Below, piece after piece: positions 29,201 through 42,497 of a stretch of DNA of 64,000 bases. This DNA is from Chrysomallon squamiferum (lineage: Eukaryota; Animalia; Mollusca), in the NCBI GenBank assembly GCA_012295275.1, contig CM022676.1:62001-126000 (forward strand), read 5' to 3'. Numbering within the stretch: the stretch's first letter is position 1; each line of letters begins with the position of its first letter. A program made the position numbers and the translations under genes. The notes beneath the pieces are model-generated. The model saw only the letters and a list, made by a program, of their open reading frames with translations. It was not told the DNA's origin and searched no databases.

Positions 29201-32200
29201 AGGAAACAAGTAACTAAGAAAGTGAGAATGCAAGTCAAGTACATTAACAATTATGTGAGTAAGAATGTAAATAAGTAAGAAAGTAATGACCTAAGTTAAA
29301 GTTAGAAGAAGAGAATAAAGTAAGTAAATAGTAACCTAAGTAAGTAAGTAAATTAAGTAAATAATTATCTAAATAAAAAAATAAAATTAAGTAAAATAAA
29401 ATAACAAATAAAAATAAATAAAAGTAAATAATGACCTAAAAGTAAGCAAGGATGCAACTTTCTAAGGAAGTGAGAATGGAAGTAAGTACATTAACAATTA
29501 TCTAAATAATAAATAAAAAATAAATTAAGTAATTACGTAAATAATGACCTAAGTAAGCAAGGAAGCAAGTACCTAACTAAGAGAGAATGCAAGTCAGTAC
29601 ATTTACAATTATGTGACTAAGAAATGTAAGTAACTACTTAATTAATGTGCTAGGTTAGCAAGTAAGCGACTAAGTTAGTAAATAGTAAATAGTAAAAGTA
29701 AATAAATAACAATTATCTAACTAAGAAAAAAAAGTAAGTACGTAAATAATGATCTAAGTTGGCAAGGAAGCGAGCAACTAGGTGAAAATGCAAATTTGTA
29801 CATTAACAATTATCTCAGTAACAATGTATGTAATAAATAATTAAATAATGACCAAAGTAAGCAAGAATGCAGCTTAACTTAGTTAGTGAGAATGTAACTA
29901 AGTAAGTACGTTAACAATTATCTAAATTAAGAAAAAAAATTTAGTAATTAAATAAATAATGACCTAAGTAAGGAAGGAAGGAAAGAAAGGAAGTAAGAGA
30001 AGAAGTAATGAGAGTAAGAGAGAACAGAAGTTGTAATTATGAGAATGTAAGTAAGTACTTAATTAATATCCTAGGTTAGTTAAGCAAGTAAGTTAAGTAA
30101 GTAAGTAAATAAATAAACCTAAGTAAATACAATGACAATTATCTAACTAAGAAAAAAAATAACAATAAGTAATTAAAAATAATGATGATCTAAGTTGGGA
30201 AGGAAGCGAGCAACTAAGCTGAAAATGCAAATTTGTACATTAACAATTATCTCAGTAACAACGTAAGTAAGTAAGTAAATAATAAATGACCAAAAAAGTA
30301 AGCAAGAATGAAAACTTAGTTAGTGAGAATGCAAAGTAAGTAAATTAACAATTATAAGTAAGTAAGAAATAAATTTAGTAAGTAAAATAAATTTAAAAAG
30401 AATGACCTAAATAAGTAAATCTAAGTAAAAACAAAAAATAATGACCTAAGAAAGTGAACAAGAATGCAAGTCAGAATGCAATTAACAATTATGTGAGTAA
30501 GAATGTAAGTAGTACTTAGCTACCTAAGACCTAAGAGAATAAGTAAGTAAATAAGAAATCTAAAAAAAATAAGTAAATAACATTTTTCCAATTATCTAAA
30601 TAACAAATAAATTAAGTAAGTAAGTAAATAAAAATGACCTAAGTAAGCAAGGATGCAACTTTCTAAGGAAGTGAGAATGGAAGTAAGTACATTAACAATT
30701 ATCTAAGTAATAAATAAATTAAGTAATTACGTAAATAATGACCTAAGTAAGCAAGGAAGCAAGTACCTAACTAAGAGAGAATGCAAGTCAGTACATTTAC
30801 AATTATGTGACTAAGAATGTAAGTAACTACTTAATTAATGTGCTAGGTTAGCAAGTAAGCGACTAAGTTAGTAAATAGTAACCTAAGTAAATACAATAAC
30901 AATTATCTAACTAAGAAAGAAAGTAAGTAAGTACGTAAATAATGATCTAAGTTGGCAAGGAAGCGAGCAACTAGGTGAAAATGCAAATTTGTACATTAAC
31001 AATTATCTCAGTAACAATGTATGTAAGTACGTAAATAATGACCAAAGTAAGCAAGAATGCAGCTTACTTAGTTAGTGAGAATGTAACTAAGTACGTTAAC
31101 AATTATCTAAGTAAGAAATAAATTTAGTACTTACCTAAATAATGACCTAAGTAAGGAAGGAAGCAAGTACCTAAGTAAGAGAGAATGACACAGTCAGAAC
31201 ATTGACAATTATGTGAATGAGAATGTAAGTAAGTACTTAATTAATATCCTAGGTTAGCAAGTAAGCGAGTAAGTTAGTAAATAGCAACCTAAGTAAATAC
31301 AATGACAATTATCTAACTAAGAAAGAAAGTAAGTAATTACGTAAATAATGATCTAAGTTGGGAAGGAAGCGAGCAACTAAGTGAAAATGCAAATTTGTAC
31401 ATTAACAATTATCTCAGTAACAACGTAAGTAAGTACGTAAATAATGACCAAAGTAAGCAAGAATGAAGCTTACTTAGTTAGTGAGAATAAAAGTAAGTAT
31501 GTTAACAATTATCTAAGTAAAAAAATAAATTTAGTACTTACCTAAATAATGTAAAAAAGTAAAGGAAAAAACTAAGAAAGTGAAAATGCAAATGTCAGTA
31601 TTAACAATTATGTGAGTAAGAATGTAAGTAAGTAATAAATAAATGACCTAAGTTAGCAAAGAAGAGAAAAAGTAAAGTAAATAAATAAATAAAGTAAATA
31701 AATACATTTAACATTATCTAAATAAAAATAAATAAAATAAGTAAATAAAATAATGACCTAAGTAAGCAAGGAAGCAACTTTCTAAGGAAGTAAAGAATGG
31801 AAGTAAGTAAAGAATGAAAGTAACAACAATATCTAAGTAATAAATAAATTAAGTAATTACGTAAATAATGACCTAAGTAAGTAAGGAAGGAAGGAAGCAA
31901 GTACCTAACTAAGAGAAGAATGCAAGTCAGTACATTTACAATTATGTGACTAAGAATGTAAGTAACTAACTAATTAATGTGCTAGGTTAAAAAGTAAGTA
32001 ACTAAATAGTAAGTAAATAGTAACCTAAGTAAATAAATAATAACAATTATCTAACTATCTAAAAAAAGAGAAAAGTAAGTAAGTAAATAAATAATCTAAG
32101 TTGGCAAGGAAGCGAGCAACTAGGTGAAAATGCAAATTTGTACATTAACAATTATCTCAGTAAACAATGTAAGTAAGTAAATAAATGAATGACAAAGTAA

Positions 32201-35200
32201 GCAAGGATGAGCAGCTTACTTAGTGAGAATGTAACTAAGTAAGTACGTTAACAATTATCTAAGTAAGAAATAAATTTAGTACTTACCTAAATAATGACCT
32301 AAGTAAGGAAGGAAGCAAGTACCTAAGTAAGAGAGAATGACAGTCAGAACATTGACAATTATGTGAATGAGAATGTAAGTAAGTACTTAATTAATATCCT
32401 AGGTTAGCAAGTAAGCGAGTAAGTTAGTAAATAGCAACCTAAGTAAATACAATAACAATTATCTAACTAAGAAAGAAAGTAAGTAAGTTACGTAAATAAT
32501 GATCTAAGTTGGGAAGGAAGCGAGCAACTAAGCGAAAATGCAAATTTGTACATTAACAATTATCTCAGTAACAACAATAAGTAACAAATAATGACGTAAA
32601 GTATAAAAAAATAATAGTAAGAATGAAGCAAGTACTTAACAATTAGTGAGTAATGCAAATTTAAGTACCTTAACAATTATCTAAGTAAAGTAAATAAAGT
32701 AAATAAATTTAGTAAATTACATTAACAATTAAAGTAAAATGTAATGACCTTAAGTAAGTAAGTAAATAATGAAAAAAAAGTAAGTAACTAAGAAAGTGAA
32801 ATGCAAGTGCAAGTCAGTACATTAACAATTATGTGAGTAAGAATGTAAGTAAGTAAGTAAAGCTAATGACCTAAGTTAGCAAGGAAGAGAATAAGTAAAA
32901 TAAAACCTAAGTAAAAAAGAACATTTCCAATTATCTAAATAACAAATAAAATAAGTAAGTAAATAAATAAATAAAATAATAAGTAAGCAAGGATGCAACT
33001 TTCTAAGGAAGTGAGAATGGAAGTAAGTACATTAACAATTATCTAAGTAATAAATAAATTAAGTAATTAAATAAATAATGACCTAAGTAAGCAAGGAAGC
33101 AAGTAAAGCTAACTAAGAGAAGGAATGCAAGTCAAGTACATTTACAATTATGTGACTAAGAATGTAAGTAACTAAATAATTAATGTAATAGGTTAAAATA
33201 AGCGACTAAGTTAGTAAAAAGTAACCTAAGTAAATACAATAACAATTAAATAAAACTAAAAAAAAAAGTAAAATAAGTAAATAATAAAGTAAATAATGAT
33301 CTAAGTTGGTAAAAATAACAAAGTAAATACAATAACAATTATCTAACTAAGAAAAAAAAGTAATTACGTAAATAATGAAAGTTGGGAAGGAAGCAGCAAC
33401 TAAAATTGCAAATTTGTACATTAACAATTATCTCAGTAACAAAAAAATGTAAGTAAGTAAATAAATAATGACCAAAGTAAGCAAGAATGCAGCTTACTTA
33501 GTTAGTGAGAATGTAAAAAGTAGTACGTTAACAATTATCTAAGTAAGAAATAAATTTAAGTACTTACCTAAATAATGACCTAAGTAAGGAAGGAAGCAAG
33601 TACCTAAGTAAGAGAGAATGACAGTCAGAACATTGACAATTATGTGAATGAGAATGTAAGTAAGTACTTAATTAATATCCTAGGTTAGCAAGTAAGCGAG
33701 TAAGTTAGTAAATAGCAACCTAAGTAAATACAATGACAATTATCTAACTAAGAAAGAAAGTAAGTAATTACGTAAATAATGATCTAAGTTGGGAAGGAAG
33801 GAAAACTAAAACTAAGCTAAATGCAAAATTTGTAACAATTATAACAATTATCTCAGTAACAACGTAAGTAAGTACAATAAAATAATGACCAAAAAAAAGT
33901 AAGCAAGAATGAAGCTTAAAACTAAAAAATGTAAATTTGTACATTAAATTATCTCAGTAACAACGTAAGTAAGTAAAAATAAGTAAGCAAGAATGAAACT
34001 TAATAAGAATGCAATTATCAATTATCTAAGTAAGAAATAAATTTAGTACTTACCTAAATAATGACCTAAGTAAGCAAGGAAACAAGTAACTAAGAAAGTG
34101 AGAATGCAAGTCAGTACATTAACAATTATGTGAGTAAGAATGTAAGTAAGTACTTAGCTAATGACCTAAGTTAGCAAGGAAGAGAATAAGTAAGTAAATA
34201 GTAACCTAAGTAAGTACATTTCCAATTATCTAAATAACAAATAAATTAAGTAAGTAAGTAAATAATGACCTAAGTAAGCAAGGATGCAACTTTCTAAGGA
34301 AGTGAGAATGGAAGTAAGTACATTAACAATTATCTAAGTAATAAATAAATTAAGTAATTACGTAAATAATGACCTAAGTAAGCAAGGAAGCAAGTACCTA
34401 ACTAAGAGAGAATGCAAGTCAGTACATTTACAATTATGTGACTAAGAATGTAAGTAACTACTTAATTAATGTGCTAGGTTAGCAAGTAAGCGACTAAGTT
34501 AGTAAATAGTAACCTAAGTAAATACAATAACAATTATCTAACTAAGAAAGAAAGTAAGTAAGTACGTAAATAATGATCTAAGTTGGCAAGGAAGCGAGCA
34601 ACTAGGTGAAAATGCAAATTTGTACATTAACAATTATCTCAGTAACAATGTATGTAAGTACGTAAATAATGACCAAAGTAAGCAAGAATGCAGCTTACTT
34701 AGTTAGTGAGAATGTAACTAAGTACGTTAACAATTATCTAAGTAAGAAATAAATTTAGTACTTACCTAAATAATGACCTAAGTAAGGAAGGAAGCAAGTA
34801 CCTAAGTAAGAGAGAATGACAGTCAGAACATTGACAATTATGTGAATGAGAATGTAAGTAAGTACTTAATTAATATCCTAGGTTAGCAAGTAAGCGAGTA
34901 AGTTAGTAAATAGCAACCTAAGTAAATACAATGACAATTATCTAACTAAGAAAGAAAGTAAGTAATTACGTAAATAATGATCTAAGTTGGGAAGGAAGCG
35001 AGCAACTAAGCGAAAATGCAAATTTGTACATTAACAATTATCTCAGTAACAACGTAAGTAAGTACGTAAATAATGACCAAAGTAAGCAAGAATGAAGCTT
35101 ACTTAGTTAGTGAGTATGCAAGTAAGTATGTTAACAATTATCTAAGTAAGAAATAAATTTAGTACTTACCTAAATAATGACCTAAGTAAGCAAGGAAACA

Positions 35201-38200
35201 AGTAACTAAGAAAGTGAGAATGCAAGTCAGTACATTAACAATTATGTGAGTAAGAAAGTAAGTTAATTATGTGAGTAAGAAATGTAAAGTAAGTAACAAT
35301 TAGCTAATGACCTAAGTTAGCTAAGGAAGAGAATGAAAGTAAAAGTAAATAGTAACCTAAGTAAGTACATTTCCAATTATCTAAATAACAAATAAATTAA
35401 GTAAGTAAGTAAATAATGACCTAAGTAAGCAAGGATGCAACTTTCTAAGGAAGTGAGAATGGAAGTAAGTACATTAACAATTATCTAAGTAATAAATAAA
35501 TTAAGTAATTACGTAAATAATGACCTAAGTAAGCAAGGAAGCAAGTACCTAACTAAGAGAGAATGCAAGTCAGTACATTTACAATTATGTGACTAAGAAT
35601 GTAAGTAACTACTTAATTAATGTGCTAGGTTAGCAAGTAAGCGACTAAGTTAGTAAATAGTAACCTAAGTAAATACAATAACAATTATCTAACTAAGAAA
35701 GAAAGTAAGTAAGTACGTAAATAATGATCTAAGTTGGCAAGGAAGCGAGCAACTAGGTGAAAATGCAAATTTGTACATTAACAATTATCTCAGTAACAAT
35801 GTATGTAAGTACGTAAATAATGACCAAAGTAAGCAAGAATGCAGCTTACTTAGTTAGTGAGAATGTAACTAAGTACGTTAACAATTATCTAAGTAAGAAA
35901 TAAATTTAGTACTTACCTAAATAATGACCTAAGTAATGACCTAAGTAAGAAGGAAGCAAGTACCTAAGTAAGAGAGAATGACAGTCAGAACATTGACAAT
36001 TATGTGAATGAGAATGTAAGTAAGTACTTAATTAATATCCTAGGTTAGCAAGTAAGCGAGTAAGTTAGTAAATAGCAACCTAAGTAAATACAATGACAAT
36101 TATCTAACTAAGAAAGAAAGTAAGTAATTACGTAAATAATGATCTAAGTTGGGAAGGAAGCGAGCAACTAAGTAAAAAAATAAATTAAATAATGAAATAA
36201 TTATCTCAAGTTGGGAAGGAAAGTAAGTAAAACTAATGACAAAAATAAAAAATGTACATTAACAATTATCTCAGTAACAACGTAACAATAAGTAAGTAAG
36301 AAATAAATAATGACCAAATAATGACCTAAAGAATGAAGCTTACTTAGTTAGTGAGAATGCAAGTAAGTATGTTAACAATTATCTAAGTAAGAAATAAATT
36401 TAGTACTTACCTAAATAATGACCTAAGTAAGCAAGGAAACAAGTAACTAAGAAAGTGAGAATGCAAGTCAGTACATTAACAATTAGGAGTGAGTAAGAAT
36501 GTAAGTAAGTAAGTACTTAAATAATGACCTAAGTTAGCAAGGAAGAGAATAAGTAAGAAAATAGTAACCTAAGTAAATACATCTTTCCAATTATCTAAAT
36601 AACAAAAATAAATTAAGTAAAGTAAGTAAATAAATAATGACCTAAAGTAAGCAAGGATGCAACTTTCTAAGGAAGAATGAGAAAGTAAGAAAGATTAACA
36701 ATTATCTAAGTAATAAATAAAATTAAGTAATTAAGTAAATAATGACCTAAATAATGACCTAAGTAAGCAAGGAAGCAAGTACCTAACTAAGAGAGAATGC
36801 AAGTCAGTACATTTACAATTATGTGACTAAGAATAAATAAGTAACTAATGACCTAAGTAATTAAAGTAGGTTAGCAAAGTAAGAATGACAAGTAAACATT
36901 AAATTATGTAAATAATGTAACCTAAATAAAGGTAAATACAATAACAAATAGCATCTAAAGTAAAACAATAAAACTAAAATCTAAATAAAAAGAAAAAAGT
37001 AAAAATAAATAATGATCTAAGTTGGCAAGGAAGAAGAGCAACTAGGTGAAAATGCAAATTTGTACATTAACAATTATCTCAGTAACAATGTATGTAAGTA
37101 CGTAAATAATGACCAAAGTAAGCAAGAATGCAGCTTACTTAGTTAGTGAGAATGTAACTAAGTACGTTAACAATTATCTAAGTAAGAAATAAATTTAGTA
37201 CTTACCTAAATAATGACCTAAGTAAGGAAGGAAGCAAGTACCTAAGTAAGAGAGAATGACAGTCAGAACATTGACAATTATGTGAATGAATGAGAATGTA
37301 AGTAACCTAAGTTAATTAATTAATATCCTAATAGTTAGCAAGTAAGCGAGTAATTAGTTAGTAAATAGCAACCTAAGTAAATACAATGACAATTATCTAA
37401 CTAAGAAAGAAAGTAAGAAAGTAAAAGTAAATAAATAATGATCTATCTAGTTGGGAAGGAAGCGAGCAACTAAGTGAAAATGAAAAAATAAGAAAATGTA
37501 AATTTGTACATTAAACAATTATCTCAGTAACAACGTAAGTAAGTACGTAAATAATGACCAAAGTAAGCAAGAATGAAGCTTACTTAGTTAGTGAGAATGC
37601 AAGTAAGTATGTTAACAATTATCTAAGTAAGAAATAAATTTAGTACTTACCTAAATAATGACCTAAGTAAGCAAGGAAACAAGTAACTAAGAAGAAATGC
37701 AAGAATGCAATTAACAATTATCTAATAAATTAACAATTATGTGAGAATGACCTAAGTAAGCAAGGAATGTAAGTAAATGTACTACTAATAATGACCTAAT
37801 GTAAGTAAGTAAATTAACAAGAAGAAAATAAGTAAGTAAATAGTAACCTAAGTAAGAAATAAAGTAAGTATTTCAATTATCTAAATAAACAAATAAAATT
37901 AAGTAAATAAATTATAAAGTAACCTAAATAAATAAGAAGCTAAGTAAGCAAGGGAAGCAACTTTCTAAGAAGTGAGAATGGAAGTAAACACATTAACAAT
38001 TATCTAAGTAATAAATAAATTAAGTAATTACGTAAATAATGACCTAAGTAAGGAAGGAAGCAAGTACCTAACTAAGAGAGAATGAAAAGTCAGTACATTT
38101 ACAATTATGTGACTAAGAATGTAAGTAACTACTTAATTAATGTGCTAGGTTAGCAAGTAAGCGACTAAGTTAGTAAATAGTAACCTAAGTAAATACAATA

Positions 38201-41200
38201 ACAATTATCTAACTAAGAAAGAAAGTAAGATAAGTACGTAAATAATGATCTAAGTTGGCAAGGAAGCGAGCAACTAGGTGAAAATGCAAATTTGTACATT
38301 AACAATTATCTCAGTAACAATGTATGTAAGTACGTAAATAATGACCAAAGTAAGCAAGAATGCAGCTTACTTAAATAATGACCTAATTAGTGAGAGCAAG
38401 TAAACTGTAAGTAAGTACGTTAACAATTATCTAAGTAAGAAATAAATTTAGTACTTACCTAAATAATGACCTAAGTAAGGAAGGAAGCAAGTACCTAAGT
38501 AAGAGAGAATGACAGTCAGAACATTGACAATTATGTGAATGAGAATGTAAGTAAGTACTTAATTAATATCCTAGGTTAGCAAGTAAGCGAGTAAGTTAGT
38601 AAATAGCAACCTAAGTAAATACAATGACAATTATCTAACTAAGAAAGAAAGTAAGTAATTACGTAAATAATGATCTAAGTTGGGAAGGAAGCGAGCAACT
38701 AAGTGAAAATGCAAATTTGTACATTAACAATTATCTCAGTAACAACGTAAGTAAGTACGTAAATAATGACCAAAGTAAGCAAGAATGAAGCTTACTTAGT
38801 TAGTGAGTATGCAAGTAAGTATGTTAACAATTATCTAAGTAAGAAATAAATTTAGTACTTACCTAAATAATGACCTAAGTAAGCAAGGAAACAAGTAACT
38901 AAGAACTAAGAAAGAAAGTAAGTACAGAATGCAAGTCAGTACATTAACAATTATGTGAGTAAGAATGTAAGTAAGTAATTAGCTATTAACAATTATCTCA
39001 AGGAAGAGAAAGTAAATAAATAGTAACCTAAGTAAGTACATTTCCAATTATCTAAATAACAAATAAATTAAGTAAGTAAGTAAATAATGACCTAAGTAAG
39101 CAAGGATGCAACTTTCTAAGGAAGTGAGAATGGAAGTAAGTACATTAACAATTATCTAAGTAATAAATAAATTAAGTAATTACGTAAATAATGACCTAAG
39201 TAAGCCTAAGTAAGCAAGGAAGCAAGTACCTAACTAAGAAGAAATAAATTAATGTAAGTCAACATTTAATAATGACCTTACAATTATGTAACTAACTAAA
39301 AGAATGTAGAATTAAGTAAGTAAATAACTTAATTAATGTGCTAGGTTAAGTTACAAGTAAGCGACTAAGTTACTAAATAAGTAAATAAGTAACCTAAGTA
39401 AATACAATAACAATTATGTGATTATCTAACTAAGAAAGAAAGGTTAAAGTAAGTACGTAAATAAATAGTAATCTAAGTTATCTAAGAAGAAAGAAAGTAA
39501 AGTAAAGTACGTAAAATAATGATCAACTAAGCGAGCAACTAGGTGAAAATGCAAATTTGTACATTAACAATTATCTCAGTAACAATGTATGTAAGTACGT
39601 AAATAATGACCAAAGTAAGCAAGAATGCAGCTTACTTAGTTAGTGAGAATGTAACTAAGTACGTTAACAATTATCTAAGTAAGAAATAAATTTAGTACTT
39701 ACCTAAATAATGACCTAAGTAAGGAAGGAAGCAAGTACCTAAGTAAGAGAGAATGACAGTCAGAACATTGACAATTATGTGAATGAGAATGTAAGTAAGT
39801 ACTTAATTAATATCCTAGGTTAGCAAGTAAGCGAGTAAGTTAGTAAATAGCAACCTAAGTAAATACAATGACAATTATCTAACTAAGAAAGAAAGTAAGT
39901 AATTACGTAAATAATGATCTAAGTTGGGAAGGAAGCGAGCAACTAAGCGAAAATGCAAATTTGTACATTAACAATTATCTCAGTAACAACGTAAGTAAGT
40001 ACGTAAATAATGACCAAAGTAAGCAAGAATGAAGCTTACTTAGTTAGTGAGTATGCAAGTAAGTATGTTAACAATTATCTAAGTAAGAAATAAATTTAGT
40101 ACTTACCTAAATAATGACCTAAGTAAGCAAGGAAACAAGTAACTAAGAAAGTGAGAATGCAAGTCAGTACATTAACAATTATGTGAGTAAGAATGTAAGT
40201 AAGTACTTAGCTAATGACCTAAGTTAGCAAGGAAGAGAATAAGTAAGTAAATAGTAACCTAAGTAAGTACATTTCCAATTATCTAAATAACAAATAAATT
40301 AAGTAAGTAAGTAAATAATGACCTAAGTAAGCAAGGATGCAACTTTCTAAGGAAGTGAGAATGGAAGTAAGTACATTAACAATTATCTAAGTAATAAATA
40401 AATTAAGTAATTACGTAAATAATGACCTAAGTAAGCAAGGAAGCAAGTACCTAACTAAGAGAGAATGCAAGTCAGTACATTTACAATTATGTGACTAAGA
40501 ATGTAAGTAACTACTTAATTAATGTGCTAGGTTAGCAAGTAAGCGACTAAGTTAGTAAATAGTAACCTAAGTAAATACAATAACAATTATCTAACTAAGA
40601 AAGAAAGTAAGTAAGTACGTAAATAATGATCTAAGTTGGCAAGGAAGTAATGATCTAAGTTGGCAAGGAAGCGAGCAACTAGGTGAAAATGCAAATTTGT
40701 ACATTAACAATTATCTCAGTAACAATGTATGTAAGTACGTAAATAATGACCAAAGTAAGCAAGAATGCAGCTTACTTAGTTAGTGAGAATGTAACTAAGT
40801 ACGTTAACAATTATCTAAGTAAGAAATAAATTTAGTACTTACCTAAATAATGACCTAAGTAAGGAAGGAAGCAAGTACCTAAGTAAGAGAGAATGACAGT
40901 CAGAACATTGACAATTATGTGAATGAGAATGTAAGTAAGTACTTAATTAATATCCTAGGTTAGCAAGTAAGCGAGTAAGTTAGTAAATAGCAACCTAAGT
41001 AAATACAATGACAATTATCTAACTAAGAAAGAAAGTAAGTAATTACGTAAATAATGATCTAAGTTGGGAAGGAAGCGAGCAACTAAGCGAAAATGCAAAT
41101 TTGTACATTAACAATTATCTCAGTAACAACGTAAGTAAGTACGTAAATAATGACCAAAGTAAGCAAGAATGAAGCTTACTTAGTTAGTGAGTATGCAAGT

Positions 41201-41399
41201 AAGTATGTTAACAATTATCTAAGTAAGAAATAAATTTAGTACTTACCTAAATAATGACCTAAGTAAGCAAGGAAACAAGTAACTAAGAAAGTGAGAATGC
41301 AAGTCAGTACATTAACAATTATGTGAGTAAGAATGTAAGTAAGTACTTAGCTAATGACCTAAGTTAGCAAGGAAGAAGAATAATAAAATAAATTAAGTA
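14282..41399. repeat. Satellite array B, 1116-bp higher-order repeat of eleven ~100-bp subunits, roughly 22-23 copies
   Basis: Marker AACAAGTAAC lies at 34081 and 35197 (1116 bp). Subunit anchors ATGAC/ATGAT/ATGTG/ATATC fall at 34061, 34161, 34265, 34369, 34469, 34573, 34669, 34773, 34873, 34977, 35073 and 35177. The once-per-unit marker GGATGCAACTTTCTAAGG or its remnants occurs about 22 times. Confidence 0.95.
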
Positions 41400-41599
41400 N
41401 NNNNNNNNNNNNNNNNNNNNNNNNNNNNNNNNNNNNNNNNNNNNNNNNNNNNNNNNNNNNNNNNNNNNNNNNNNNNNNNNNNNNNNNNNNNNNNNNNNNN
41501 NNNNNNNNNNNNNNNNNNNNNNNNNNNNNNNNNNNNNNNNNNNNNNNNNNNNNNNNNNNNNNNNNNNNNNNNNNNNNNNNNNNNNNNNNNNNNNNNNNN
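41400..41599. other. Assembly gap (200 N)
   Basis: Run of exactly 200 N. Confidence 0.99.
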
Positions 41600-41603
41600 C
41601 TCT

Positions 41604-41641
<38 letters not shown>

Positions 41642-41680
41642 GGTATATATATATATATTCTTACTCTCTCTCTCTCTCCT
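41600..41680. repeat. (CT)n/(AT)n compound microsatellite at contig start
   Basis: ctctctct...atatatat visible directly. Confidence 0.9.
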
Positions 41681-41880
41681 AGTAGATAGAAACTGAGTGA
41701 CAGACTGTGTATGTGTTAAATAAAACCTGCAATGTTAGAAATAGATGTGATACTTCTCACAATAAATGTTTCTTTTTTATTTCTTTAGATACTATTTACT
41801 ATGACTTTGATTCAAGTAAACATTAAAATAGGCCAAGATGATTAAAAACGGAACAACCAATATTAACAAAAGTAAAATAC

Positions 41881-42029
41881 CCTGTTTATGACTACAGTTT
41901 ATTTTACCCCAGTCAGAGAAAGAACAGTGATTCACTCCATTTTCATCTTTAACGCAGTTAACATCATCAAGCCACACTGGTCCTGTTCCTTCTCCAAACT
42001 GAGCATTCTTGTACGTCTTTGCGTTGAAT
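41881..42029 (-). pseudogene. SRCR domain 5, C-terminal exon (149 nt) with 27-bp in-frame deletion removing the last Cys
   Basis: FNAKTYKNAQFGEGTGPVWLDDVNCVKDENGVNHCSFSDWGKINCSHKQ. It lacks the DLGISCLPQ present in the paralogous exon 45571-45746. Confidence 0.88.
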
Positions 42030-42352
42030 CTAGGATTTACAAAACAAATTGAGTTGTCTGCTCTTGGTTAGTACAAATATTGTTTAAGCTGTACTACGGG
42101 GTCATTCAGATTTTACTTTATATTCTATGACACAAATAGACGCCTACTAATACTTTATCACTGTTTAAAAAAGATCAGTTGAACATTCTTACTGACCGAA
42201 TGATAAAAGTGATCGTTTTCTTTTATTTTCTTGCATCAAATCTACTTACTGACTGAATCCTAAAAGTGTACAGATACATTCTGTGACACAGATAAACGCG
42301 TGATAATATTTTATCACTGTTTATAAATTAATCTCTTTAACAAGATTCTTAC

Positions 42353-42497
42353 TGACTGAATCCTAAAAGTGTACAGATAAAGCCTGCGTCTTTGTCGTCA
42401 AATCTGTCACCACAGACAGTTCCCCATGTATCGTTAAGCTTGATTTCAACTCGACCCTGTGTTGGAATACCTCCACCATTGACTAGTCTGATAGACA
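42353..42497 (-). CDS. SRCR domain 5, N-terminal exon (145 nt), near-identical to domain 2
   Basis: ttttag|TG TCT ATC AGA...; [47 protein letters not shown]; ends CA|gtaaga. Confidence 0.88.

Larger units (their letters stand above)
41701..42497. repeat. Intragenic duplicate of 45363-46214 (two exons plus introns)
   Basis: Intron 42030-42352 and intron 45747-46069 are almost letter-for-letter identical at a constant offset of 3717. Confidence 0.93.

Noticed and set aside
6073-31900. Minus-strand F/L/Y/I-rich ORFs inside the satellites (6073, 18725, 20365, 24625, 25152, 27633, 31718)
   Set aside because: By-products of the T-rich strand in degraded satellite stretches. They are low-complexity and are not called in the clean repeat units.
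40628-40671. 24-bp tandem duplication in one HOR copy as a true structural variant
   Set aside because: Seen once in an error-prone consensus with many similar stutters. It cannot be distinguished from an artefact.
14282-41399. CRISPR-like appearance of the recurring AAATAATGACCTAAGT motif with variable intervening sequence
   Set aside because: The intervening sequences are homologous to each other and recur every 1116 bp. There are no unique spacers or cas genes, and the context is eukaryotic.
1-41399. Telomeric array
   Set aside because: No tandem TTAGGG/TTAGG runs. The underlying word is AAGT within long complex units.
41400-41700. Satellite expansion truncating the SRCR gene
   Set aside because: The two are separated by a gap of unknown size, so adjacency and the fate of downstream exons cannot be inferred.
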